This document shows, one piece after another, positions 8,901-16,894 of a DNA stretch of 64,000 bases. The notes below the pieces were generated by a model. It was not told the origin of the DNA. It did not search any database and saw only the letters and a program-made list of their open reading frames with translations. Both the position numbers and the translations under genes were made by a program. Within the stretch, counting starts at the first letter, position 1. The number at the start of each line of letters is the position of its first letter. The DNA is from Acidobacteriota bacterium (GTDB taxonomy: Bacteria; Acidobacteriota; Terriglobia; Terriglobales; Acidobacteriaceae): the NCBI GenBank assembly GCA_031296115.1, contig JARLGI010000076.1:2806-66805 (forward strand), given 5' to 3'.

Positions 8901-10508
8901 TCAGGCCGTCATTGCCGGTCGTGAAACCCGGTAAAGCTGCCAGGCAAACGCTCCCAGACCCAGGCAAACCACGGCAAAGCGAACCAGCCCGCCAAGATAG
9001 GGGATAAACCCGACGATGGTGAGGATTAGCAGGCCCACCAGTAGTCCCAGCAGCCAATCGCTCTTCGTGTCTCCGGCTGGCTTCAGAAGCAGCCGCCCCA
9101 GAAATGCCCCAACCCAAAGCTTGGCTAGGTAGATGGCAATCAGATACGCCGCGAGCAACATGAACGAAACGGGCAGGCCGACCAGCGTGATGGCGATCAC
9201 GATGATGGCGACGGGCACGCCCGCCAGGACCCCAATCCCAAGCCCGAAGCTGCGCCAGCCCGAGCCCACCTCGTGCGTGCTGGCCTGGAAGAAGCCGGGA
9301 AACAGAACCAGGCCCAACCATCCCACCAGCATGGCGGCGGCGAGCCAGACAGCCTGGTAGAAGTAGAACTTGGGGCGCGCGAAACGGCTGTGCCGCACCC
9401 GCACCTGGAGGTCACGTTTGCCCGTAATGGTCGCGCCATCGGCGATGTGCACGTTTTTCAACTGGTGCACGCTGGCGCTCAGGTTGCCGCCGATTCGGGC
9501 CGTGTTGGTCAGGGTAAGGTTCTCTCCGGACATGGTCAGTTCGCGGCCGATGCTGCCGCTCACATCGGCGTTACCGGCGTAGATGGTCACGCTGCGATTC
9601 ACCTCGCCCTCCAGGCTGAAGTCGCCGGCGGCAACCAACACACCTTCACCCACGTGGCCCCGTTCATTCACCCGCAAGGATTGCACAAACCCGTAGAGGC
9701 TGTGGCCCAATTGCCCGTCCAAGTCGAGCGAACTCGAAAAGTCGTAGATGTTGCCCTTCACGGTCCCGCTTACCGCGGTCCTCTTGGCAAACGTCATCAG
9801 GTCGCCGTTCACGGTGCCTCGCACTTCGACAGACCCGCCAAAAGCCACCAGGTCCCCGTTGATGGCCCCTTCCATGCGCACAATATTGCCGGAGGCCACC
9901 AGAGTGTCATCTATCGTCTCGTTCGCCGCCACGGTGACGAAGTCACCGTGACGCCGCTCCAGGGCAAATCCCGGCAACGACACCGCAAGTAGCACGATCA
10001 GCAGGCGCAGGCCAGGTTCACGTAGAAGCCATCGGCGTCCCAGCAGCAGTGCGCTGCCGCCCACCAGCAGCAGGAAGAAGATCTTCCCAACGACAGCAGC
10101 ATAATCAATCAGCATGGCAGTACCTCCTTGCGCAAAGTAATAAGAAAGGTTGAAGAACAGGTTCGTGCGGCCGCTTACGCTGAAGGGATTGAGCCACTGC
10201 AGCGCTTCCGGAATGCTCAGCCGATCGAACCAGCCGGCAACGAATGAACCCAGCGCCAGCACCGCGGCCACGACCGCTACGTCGCTCCACGCCAAAGACC
10301 ACGGTAAGGGCGAGAAGTCCGGAATGGCCGCTTCTTCGGGAAGCTCCTGCAGGCTTTCGCTGAGAACATGGTTCTCGACGCGTAATGCGTCCAACAGTTG
10401 CCGGCAGCGCCGGCAGGTGGCCAGGTGTTCGCGCAGGCGGCGCGCCTCTTCCGCCGCTAGTTCGCCGTCCACGAAGATAGAGACGACCTGTTCCGAATAA
10501 CATTCCAT
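8901..10508 (-). CDS. multi-pass anti-sigma factor (zf-HC2 N-terminus, bactofilin-like beta-helix, C-terminal TM bundle)
   Basis: ORF 8901..10514 begins at a TTG; ATG at 10508. N-terminus MECYSEQVVSIFVDGELAAEEARRLREHLATCRRCRQ is the HxxxCxxC anti-sigma signature. Central GNIVRMEGAINGDLVAFGGSVEVRGTVNGDLMTF..VSGTVKGNI.. repeats. About 7 hydrophobic helices. Starts 2 nt after the sigma gene stop. Confidence 0.8.
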   Translation of the reverse strand: MECYSEQVVSIFVDGELAAEEARRLREHLATCRRCRQLLDALRVENHVLSESLQELPEEAAIPDFSPLPWSLAWSDVAVVAAVLALGSFVAGWFDRLSIPEALQWLNPFSVSGRTNLFFNLSYYFAQGGTAMLIDYAAVVGKIFFLLLVGGSALLLGRRWLLREPGLRLLIVLLAVSLPGFALERRHGDFVTVAANETIDDTLVASGNIVRMEGAINGDLVAFGGSVEVRGTVNGDLMTFAKRTAVSGTVKGNIYDFSSSLDLDGQLGHSLYGFVQSLRVNERGHVGEGVLVAAGDFSLEGEVNRSVTIYAGNADVSGSIGRELTMSGENLTLTNTARIGGNLSASVHQLKNVHIADGATITGKRDLQVRVRHSRFARPKFYFYQAVWLAAAMLVGWLGLVLFPGFFQASTHEVGSGWRSFGLGIGVLAGVPVAIIVIAITLVGLPVSFMLLAAYLIAIYLAKLWVGAFLGRLLLKPAGDTKSDWLLGLLVGLLILTIVGFIPYLGGLVRFAVVCLGLGAFAWQLYRVSRPAMTA

Positions 10509-10510
10509 GA

Positions 10511-11074
10511 TCAAAGGCTCCTGTGGCCCAGTCTCCGGCGCAGCTCCTGCTTGGCCCGGAATAGCAGCGCCGCCACGTAGTTCTTCTGCACGCCCAACTG
10601 CTGTGCGATTTCGTCATAACTCAATTCGCCGTAATAGCGCAGGACCAGCGGCACGCGATAGTTCTCCGGCAGACGTGCAATGGCATCCCGCACCTGCGTC
10701 CTGTCTTCCTTGCTGAGAACGGCGCCCAGCGGCGACGGTTCCGGGTTGGCTGCCTCGAGCACCGCGACGTCCTCTTCCACTTCCACAAACAACTGCCGTC
10801 CCCGCTTCCGGTGCCGCAAAGCGTCAATGCACTGGTTGCCAGCCACGTGCAGCAGCCACTTGTGGAACGGTATGGACCCGTCGTAGCTCTCGATGGAGCG
10901 CTGCAGCTTGAGGAAGACTTCGCTGGTGGCATCTTCTGCGCTCTCCCGCGAGTCGAGCATGTAACGGCACAACCCGAATACGCGCCGGGCATAGAGGCGA
11001 TAGATCTCCGCCAGCGCCTCGGCATCGTGGCCTTGTGCGCGCTCTATCACGCTCTCTAGATCCGGCCCCTCCAT
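10511..11074 (-). CDS. ECF-type RNA polymerase sigma-70 family factor
   Basis: ORF 10511..11134. Region 2 (..AEIYRLYARRVFGLCRYML..AEDATSEVFLKL) and region 4 (..LPENYRVPLVLRYYGELSYDEIAQQLGVQKNYVAALLFRAKQELR). ATG at 11074 (MEGPDLESVIERAQ) is preferred because a candidate promoter abuts the 11134 ATG. 11134 remains possible. Confidence 0.88.
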   Translation of the reverse strand: MEGPDLESVIERAQGHDAEALAEIYRLYARRVFGLCRYMLDSRESAEDATSEVFLKLQRSIESYDGSIPFHKWLLHVAGNQCIDALRHRKRGRQLFVEVEEDVAVLEAANPEPSPLGAVLSKEDRTQVRDAIARLPENYRVPLVLRYYGELSYDEIAQQLGVQKNYVAALLFRAKQELRRRLGHRSL

Positions 11075-11140
11075 GTGCGTGGCTTTGCCCTCGCGGGGCT
11101 GCGGTCCTTTCGCAGCGTTTCTCTCGGCGTCCATAAAGCA

Positions 11141-11168
11141 GTACGCTACAGCTGGAATAAAGTTACAC
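11141..11168 (-). promoter_or_regulatory. candidate ECF-type autoregulatory promoter
   Basis: Minus strand reads TGTAAC-16 nt-CGTAC, fitting AAC-N16/17-CGT. It ends 6 nt before the 11134 ATG. Confidence 0.3.
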
Positions 11169-11239
11169 AGATTCTAGGGATGAGCGGGACGACTCCGTCC
11201 GGGCGGCGGCATTGCCTCTTTTGCATTGGGAGAGTCCGC

Positions 11240-14044
11240 CTAGCGGAACCCGCTGAACAGGACGACGTCGGTATCGTTGTAGCGCGCGCGGGTGACGGCG
11301 AGTTTCTTGCCATCGCGTGACCAGGCATAGGCGGCCACACTTGCCGGCTCAGAATTGAAGTGGGTCAGTTGCACGGGCGGGCCGCCCGCCAGGGGCTGCA
11401 TGTAGATGTTCTGCGTGTTGCCGGTCGTATTGTGCGCGTAAGTGAGCGCGCGTCCATCCGGCGTCCACCCAAGCGAAAACGCATTGTAGGCCGGGGGCAG
11501 TTGGATCTCCTGCAGCGGTGCGCCGCCTTCCAGCTTCTGCACGACGAACTTCGACTTTGCGCTGGCTCCCTGGCCATCGAACCGGATGTAAGCGACGGAT
11601 GTGCCATCCGGGGACGCGACCGGGCCAGACACCTGGCCTTTGGCCAATTCTAGCGGTGCCCCGCCGTCGGTCGAGACCTTGAAAATATGCCGCACGCCGT
11701 CGGTAGCCACGAGTCCGGCGTAGACCATCCATTTTCCGTCTGGCGTACAGGAACCGACTTCCTCATCTCTTCCGAACGTGAGCTGCTTCAACTCACCGGT
11801 TGCGATGTTAAGACGCCAGAGATTGGCTGCGTTGCTCTCCAGGATTCTGGACAGCACGACGACATCCCCTGGCCCGCAGGCGCTTGGGGAAAAACTCAAG
11901 TCACTACCCTCCAGGAGCCGCACCCGGTTGCTGCCATCTCCGTCGGTAACATAGACGTGATTGGCTATGTCGTGTTGCAGGAGTTTTCCGGCGGCCGTCC
12001 AGGAAAGGAAGTAGCCGGTCGCTTGTTCGGTCGAAATCGGGGCCAGCTTCCATTCGATTTTGTCGTTCAGGGTGGCGGGAGAATCTCCCACGTAAATCGT
12101 TGCCGCCGGGCGTGTTTGGGCGGTGACGAACGATTTACCATCGGCGGTGACGCTGAGCGAGCCGTACTGGCTCAAATCGTTACTGATCTTGAACGGCTCC
12201 CCTTCCGGATAAGGCTGGAACCATACCTGATTGCGAGAAGTGGATTTTTCGGCGCCGACGAAGAACAGTCCGGAAGAATCGGGCAGCCACGCCACATCGT
12301 GAAGCAGCATCGGCAGGGGAAGGCTCTTGACCAGTTTGCCGTCGGGCGTAAGCACCAGAATGGATGACAGTGTGTTCTTGCCCAGCTCCCATACTCCTAC
12401 AGCGATGAGATTACCGGACGCCAACCAGGAGGGATCCGTACTGAAGCCGTTGGCTCCGGACTCGTGGCGGAAGATGATCTTCTCGTCACTGCCGTCCGCA
12501 TTTGCAATTAACAGCTGATCTTCACCTTTGTCCTGGATGGTACGCGCGTACACCATGCGCTTGCCGTCGGGTGAGAATGCGACCTTGCCGGGTACGTCGC
12601 TCACGACCTGACGCGATGCTCCACCCAGAGCCGGCACACCATAGAGATTCGCGGTGTTTCCATTCGTCGGGTCCGCGTGGGTGTAGTACAGATAGTTGCC
12701 GTCCGGGGTAAAGGTAGCTCCCGCGCCAAAGAAACCCGCCTGCGCCGGCACAACGGTCACCTCGCTGCCCGTGGCCACCTGCTTGACCCGCAGGCTGCGT
12801 TCGCCCTCGCGTCTGCCGTACGCTACCAATCTGCCGTCTCCCGAGATGCTGGCAAACCCGATGACCTGTCCGTGGTCCGTAAGAGGACGGATGGTGATGT
12901 TGCGGGTGTCGAGGGCGGAACCGCTTCGGCCCAGAAACTTGTAGAGCCCGAAGCCCGCGGCGATTACCAGCAAGACCACGAGCGCCGCGGTGCCCAGCAG
13001 CGCGCCCCTGTGCCGTCCCGCCTCGGCGATCAGTATGGAAGAAGAGGACGACGGTTGGGCCGCAGCCGCAGCCGCCGGCAGGGCAGAGCCGGAGCCTGAC
13101 GGTGCAGGCTGACCCGTCGCCGGCGAACTGCCGGCCGCGGAGTCGGTGAGCGTCCGGCCAGAATCGGATTCCCGCTTCAGGCGCTTCAGGTCAGCCCGCA
13201 TATCCGAGGCGTGCTGGTAGCGCAATTCCTGGTCCTTCTCCAACGCCTTGCCGATGATGTCTTCCAGCTTAGGCGGCACCTCGGGATTCAGGCGGACCGC
13301 AGGTGCGGGCGTCGCGTCCAGAATGGCTTTGCAGATGACTCCTGAACTCTCCCCGCGGAATGGCAAAACTCCGGTGGCCATTTCGTACAGCACAACGCCA
13401 AACGAGAACAGGTCGGTGCGTGAATCCAGTTCTTTGGCCCGCACCTGCTCGGGCGACATGTAGGAGACCGTGCCGAGCGCCGAGCCAGGGCTGGTCAGGT
13501 GCGGCTCAAACGATTCGACTGCCGTGTTGACCGTGGCAATCTGGTTCGACGAGCTCGCCTTGCCTGTGACCTTTGCCAGTCCGAAATCGAGGATTTTGGC
13601 GTGACCGCGTTTGGTCACGAAGACATTCGCCGGCTTGATGTCGCGGTGGACGATTCCCTCGGAATGGGCGGCGTCCAGCGCATCGGCAATCTCAATCGCG
13701 AGCGGGAGGATCGCTTCGGCGTCCATCGGCTTTCCCCCGATAAGATGCTTCAGGGTCACACCGTCCAGGAATTCCATGGCGATGAACGCCTGGCCGTCCT
13801 GCTCGCCGATGTCGTGAATCGTGCAAATATTAGGGTGATTCAGTGCCGAGGCCGCCTGCGCTTCGCGTTGGAAGCGGGCCAGTGCCTGCGCATCGCGGGC
13901 GATCTCTTCCGGCAGAAATTTGAGAGCCACAAAACGGTGAAGCCGCGTGTCTTCGGCCTTGTAGACAACACCCATCCCGCCGCCCCCGAGCTTTTCCAGA
14001 ATGCGGTAGTGCGAAATGGTAGTGTCGATCATACCAAGTAACAT
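11240..14044 (-). CDS. Ser/Thr protein kinase with one TM helix and a periplasmic TolB-like (PD40) beta-propeller
   Basis: ORF 11240..14164. Kinase motifs [45 protein letters not shown] helix [21 protein letters not shown]. Repeated ..SPDG..(V/L)(A/V)Y.. propeller units. Start at ATG 14044 or 14032. Confidence 0.9.
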   Translation of the reverse strand: MLLGMIDTTISHYRILEKLGGGGMGVVYKAEDTRLHRFVALKFLPEEIARDAQALARFQREAQAASALNHPNICTIHDIGEQDGQAFIAMEFLDGVTLKHLIGGKPMDAEAILPLAIEIADALDAAHSEGIVHRDIKPANVFVTKRGHAKILDFGLAKVTGKASSSNQIATVNTAVESFEPHLTSPGSALGTVSYMSPEQVRAKELDSRTDLFSFGVVLYEMATGVLPFRGESSGVICKAILDATPAPAVRLNPEVPPKLEDIIGKALEKDQELRYQHASDMRADLKRLKRESDSGRTLTDSAAGSSPATGQPAPSGSGSALPAAAAAAQPSSSSSILIAEAGRHRGALLGTAALVVLLVIAAGFGLYKFLGRSGSALDTRNITIRPLTDHGQVIGFASISGDGRLVAYGRREGERSLRVKQVATGSEVTVVPAQAGFFGAGATFTPDGNYLYYTHADPTNGNTANLYGVPALGGASRQVVSDVPGKVAFSPDGKRMVYARTIQDKGEDQLLIANADGSDEKIIFRHESGANGFSTDPSWLASGNLIAVGVWELGKNTLSSILVLTPDGKLVKSLPLPMLLHDVAWLPDSSGLFFVGAEKSTSRNQVWFQPYPEGEPFKISNDLSQYGSLSVTADGKSFVTAQTRPAATIYVGDSPATLNDKIEWKLAPISTEQATGYFLSWTAAGKLLQHDIANHVYVTDGDGSNRVRLLEGSDLSFSPSACGPGDVVVLSRILESNAANLWRLNIATGELKQLTFGRDEEVGSCTPDGKWMVYAGLVATDGVRHIFKVSTDGGAPLELAKGQVSGPVASPDGTSVAYIRFDGQGASAKSKFVVQKLEGGAPLQEIQLPPAYNAFSLGWTPDGRALTYAHNTTGNTQNIYMQPLAGGPPVQLTHFNSEPASVAAYAWSRDGKKLAVTRARYNDTDVVLFSGFR

Positions 14045-14271
14045 TGAAACGGATGACTGATGGTAAGGGCGGCTGCCCCGCGAGTCAATTCGCTGGTTCC
14101 TGGCACTCGTGGCCCGGAAAATTTGCAGTGGAAGCGGCGGCGCGGAGCGCTGGCGGGATGGCATCGTTCTCGATCGGGCGCGAGACTCGTGGCGCGGGTT
14201 TCCGTTACTATGAGTAGATCTCCCTGCATAACTCGCCGGCGGTTGCGGCGCAACATCAAGGAACCTGTGGA

Positions 14272-14916
14272 ATGAATCGTACTCGTCTCTGGCAATTCGT
14301 CCTGGCCGTCACCGTGCTGGTGGGCAGTACTCTGGCCTGGGGCGGTGACACCTCCATGCTGCGGCCTCCGAAGGGCTCGAAGGTCGCCATCATCGTCTTC
14401 GAGGACCTGGAGTGCCCCGACTGCGCGCGCGCCGCACCCCTGCTGCATGAAGCGGCCAAGACCTACAACATCCCGCTGGTGCAGTATGACTTCCCGCTGC
14501 CCATGCATCCCTGGTCGTTCGAGGCGGCAGTGAATGCCCGCTATTTCGACACCAAGTCGAAGCAGGTGGGCGATGACTATCGCCTGTATATTTTCCAGAA
14601 CCAGCTGGCGATTACCAAGCAGAACCTGCGCGGCTACACGGAACGTTTCGCCGAGCAACACAAGACGCCGCTGCCCTTCGTCGTTGATCCTTCCGGCGAG
14701 CTGGCGGCCAAGGTGAAAGCCGACTATCAGTTGGGGCAGAAGATTCCGCTCGATCACACGCCGACCATCTACGTGGTCAGCGACAGCGTGCGCGGTACAC
14801 CGTTCATCGAGGTCGTGGACCGCACGCAGCTCTACCAGCTCATCGAGCAGGTGATGAAGGAAACCGGCGCAACGGCCAAGCCGGCGAGCGCCAGCAAGAC
14901 CACGAAAAGCCACTGA
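14272..14916 (+). CDS. DsbA-family thioredoxin-fold protein (CPDC active site), secreted
   Basis: Signal-like N-terminus, then ..[24 protein letters not shown]... Confidence 0.85.
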   Translation: MNRTRLWQFVLAVTVLVGSTLAWGGDTSMLRPPKGSKVAIIVFEDLECPDCARAAPLLHEAAKTYNIPLVQYDFPLPMHPWSFEAAVNARYFDTKSKQVGDDYRLYIFQNQLAITKQNLRGYTERFAEQHKTPLPFVVDPSGELAAKVKADYQLGQKIPLDHTPTIYVVSDSVRGTPFIEVVDRTQLYQLIEQVMKETGATAKPASASKTTKSH

Positions 14917-14937
14917 ATTCTGGCGGTCTCCGCGGAA

Positions 14938-14965
14938 GCCCGCCCAGCCGGCGGGCTTTTCTCTT
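14938..14965 (+). terminator. rho-independent terminator
   Basis: GCCCGCC-cagcc-GGCGGGC followed by TTTTCTCTT. Confidence 0.6.
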
Positions 14966-15024
14966 GTGGTTCCAGCGCGGGACGGAACTTCCCCCTTATC
15001 GTCGGGTTGCTATGCTTCGGTAGT

Positions 15025-15655
15025 ATGGCTGACATGCCTGCGGCAACATCCGTGCCCCCGTTTTCCTCCCGCGATCGTCTTCTGGCAGCGGCAAAACATT
15101 TGTTCGCTCACAACGGGCTACGAGAACACCAGTACCGTCACCATTGCCCGCGAAGCGGGAACCAGCGAATCGCAACTCATGAGGCACTTCGGCAGCAAGC
15201 AGGGTCTGCTGGTGGCCATCCTGGAACGCGGCTGGGAAGCCATTCGGCACCGCATGCGTGCGACCCAGGACGGCGGCTCTCCGGCCGACCAGGTCGTGCG
15301 GGTGCTGGAAGCGCTGGTCATCGAACTGGAAAACGACGCTGACCTGAAAGAAGTCATGATGCTGGAGTCGCGCCGGGTCCGCGGAGACAATCGCGATGTC
15401 CTTATGACCCGGGGCCTTCACCAGTTCTCCGAGACGGTGGAGGGAATTCTCAGCGAAATGCGCGGCCAGCGGGAGATCCTCCGACGTCAATCTGGACGCG
15501 GTCGGGCGGCGGTTATCGGCATGGCGGAAGCCATGGTCCGAGAGCAGGTGGTGGCGCGTCGTACCGGGCTCAAAACGAGCTACGGATTCGATGATATCCG
15601 GAAGGTGCTGGAGACCATGGTCTTCGCTTTGAACGGCGAGGCCGTCCCAAGATAG
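15025..15655 (+). pseudogene. TetR/AcrR family regulator disrupted by a 1-nt frameshift in the HTH region
   Basis: Helix 1 (MADMPAATSVPPFSSRDRLLAAAKHLFAHNG) is in the frame of ORF 15007... The rest (YENTSTVTIAREAGTSESQLMRHFGSKQGLLVAILERGW..) is in the frame of ORF 14966..15655. The junction CAC AAC GGG c TAC GAG is at 15111-15123. Confidence 0.7.
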
Positions 15656-15684
15656 CTCTGCATAAATACTCTGCAAAAGAAAAA

Positions 15685-15710
15685 CCCGCCGTTCTGGCGG
15701 GATTTCTTTT
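15685..15710. terminator. bidirectional rho-independent terminator (TetR / nadC)
   Basis: aaaagaaaaa-CCCGCC-gttct-GGCGGG-atttctttt. T-runs follow the hairpin on both strands. Confidence 0.7.
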
Positions 15711-15817
15711 GGCAGTTGTGAGTTTGTCGCAAGACCATTGTCGCCGAAAGCTGACGGTTGCGCAACTCCGCAACTATTGTCTTCGTAGATGCATCTCGTA
15801 ACAGTTCGATCTCCCGC

Positions 15818-16696
15818 TTATACCGGCTTGATGCGCATGCTGAGGTCAACGGCTTGCACCGAGTGCGTCAACGCGCCCACGGAGATAAAGTTGACGCCCG
15901 TTTCCGCGTAGGCGCGAACATTCTCCAGGGTGATGCCGCCGGAAGCTTCCAGCGGAATCGGACGCTCCAGTTTGGCGACCTGCTCGACCGCCCGCCGCAC
16001 CTGCTCCGGCGTCATGTTGTCGAGCAGCACCGCCTCCGCGCCATGTTCGAGGGCGAGATTGAGTTCGTCCAGCGAACGCACCTCGATCTCCATCACTTGC
16101 GAACCGCGGCGGTTGCGCAGCGCGCGCTCCAGCGCCACCGCGGCATTGCCGGCCAGCGAGATGTGGTTGTTCTTGATCAGCACACCGTCGCTCAGATCAA
16201 GCCGATGGTTGGTGCCTCCGCCGCAGCGCACAGCGTATTTATCGAGGACGCGAAGTCCGGGAGCTGTCTTCCGGGTATCGAGGATCGTAGTGTTCGTTCC
16301 GGACACGGCGTCGACGTAGCGCCGCGTCAGGGTCGCAATGCCGCTCAGGCGTTGCATGATGTTCAGGATGACGCGCTCACAGGAGAGAATGACGCGCGCA
16401 TTATGCACGATAACGGCGACCGACTGGCCTTTGTGCAGACGGACGCCATCGAAGATTTCCGTGTGACTGGTAACCTCCGGGTGCGAAGTGACCTTGCCGT
16501 CAAGCACGGCGAAGACGTCGAGTATCCTCGAGACGCAACCCACTCCGGAAAGCACGCAATCCTGCTTGGCCAGAATGGTGGCCGAAGCACGCTGGTTGGG
16601 GTCGATGCAGGCATAGGAAGTCGCATCGCTGGTGGCGCGATCTTCCTGTAAAGCGTTCTCCAGGATGGCGGTGATTCTCCGGCTTGTCCAGTCCAA
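15818..16696 (-). CDS. nadC: nicotinate-nucleotide diphosphorylase (quinolinate phosphoribosyltransferase)
   Basis: ..LDTRKTAPGLRVLDKYAVRCGGGTNHRLDLSDGVLIKNNH..EVRSLDEL..LLDNM..LEASGGITLENV... The 16762 start is a TTG inside a repeat element. The TTG at 16696 (LDWTSRRITAILENALQED) gives a typical 292 aa. Confidence 0.88.
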   Translation of the reverse strand: MDWTSRRITAILENALQEDRATSDATSYACIDPNQRASATILAKQDCVLSGVGCVSRILDVFAVLDGKVTSHPEVTSHTEIFDGVRLHKGQSVAVIVHNARVILSCERVILNIMQRLSGIATLTRRYVDAVSGTNTTILDTRKTAPGLRVLDKYAVRCGGGTNHRLDLSDGVLIKNNHISLAGNAAVALERALRNRRGSQVMEIEVRSLDELNLALEHGAEAVLLDNMTPEQVRRAVEQVAKLERPIPLEASGGITLENVRAYAETGVNFISVGALTHSVQAVDLSMRIKPV

Positions 16697-16734
16697 GATG
16701 ATTTCCCCGATTTCAAGAGCTCTTTGCGGCGATG

Positions 16735-16877
16735 GGTGGCGCAGGCCTTGAGGCCTGCACAAGAATACCCGGCGGTGACAAGGCTTCAGCCGCTGAGGAA
16801 GATTGTGAAGTTGCCTCAGGGGCTAAAGCCGCGCCCAGGAACTCAGGATCACTGCAGGCCTCAAGGCCTGCTCCACC
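16735..16877. repeat. 143-bp element bounded by inverted repeats (MITE/REP-like)
   Basis: GGTGGCGCAGGCCTTGAGGCCTGC (16735-16758) versus the reverse complement of 16854-16877, 23/24 match. Each arm is itself a hairpin. Interior has GGCTTCAGCC (16782) then GGCTAAAGCC (16821). Confidence 0.55.
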
Positions 16878-16894
16878 CGCTAGAACTGCCCGTG

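Noticed and set aside
14029-14913. 294-aa minus-strand ORF
   Set aside because: It is antisense to the DsbA-like gene (CPDC motif and signal peptide) and has no recognisable features.
16697-16762. Longer nadC N-terminus starting at 16762
   Set aside because: That start is a TTG inside the left arm of the 143-bp repeat element. It would add 22 non-conserved residues. The TTG at 16696 gives a typical NadC length.
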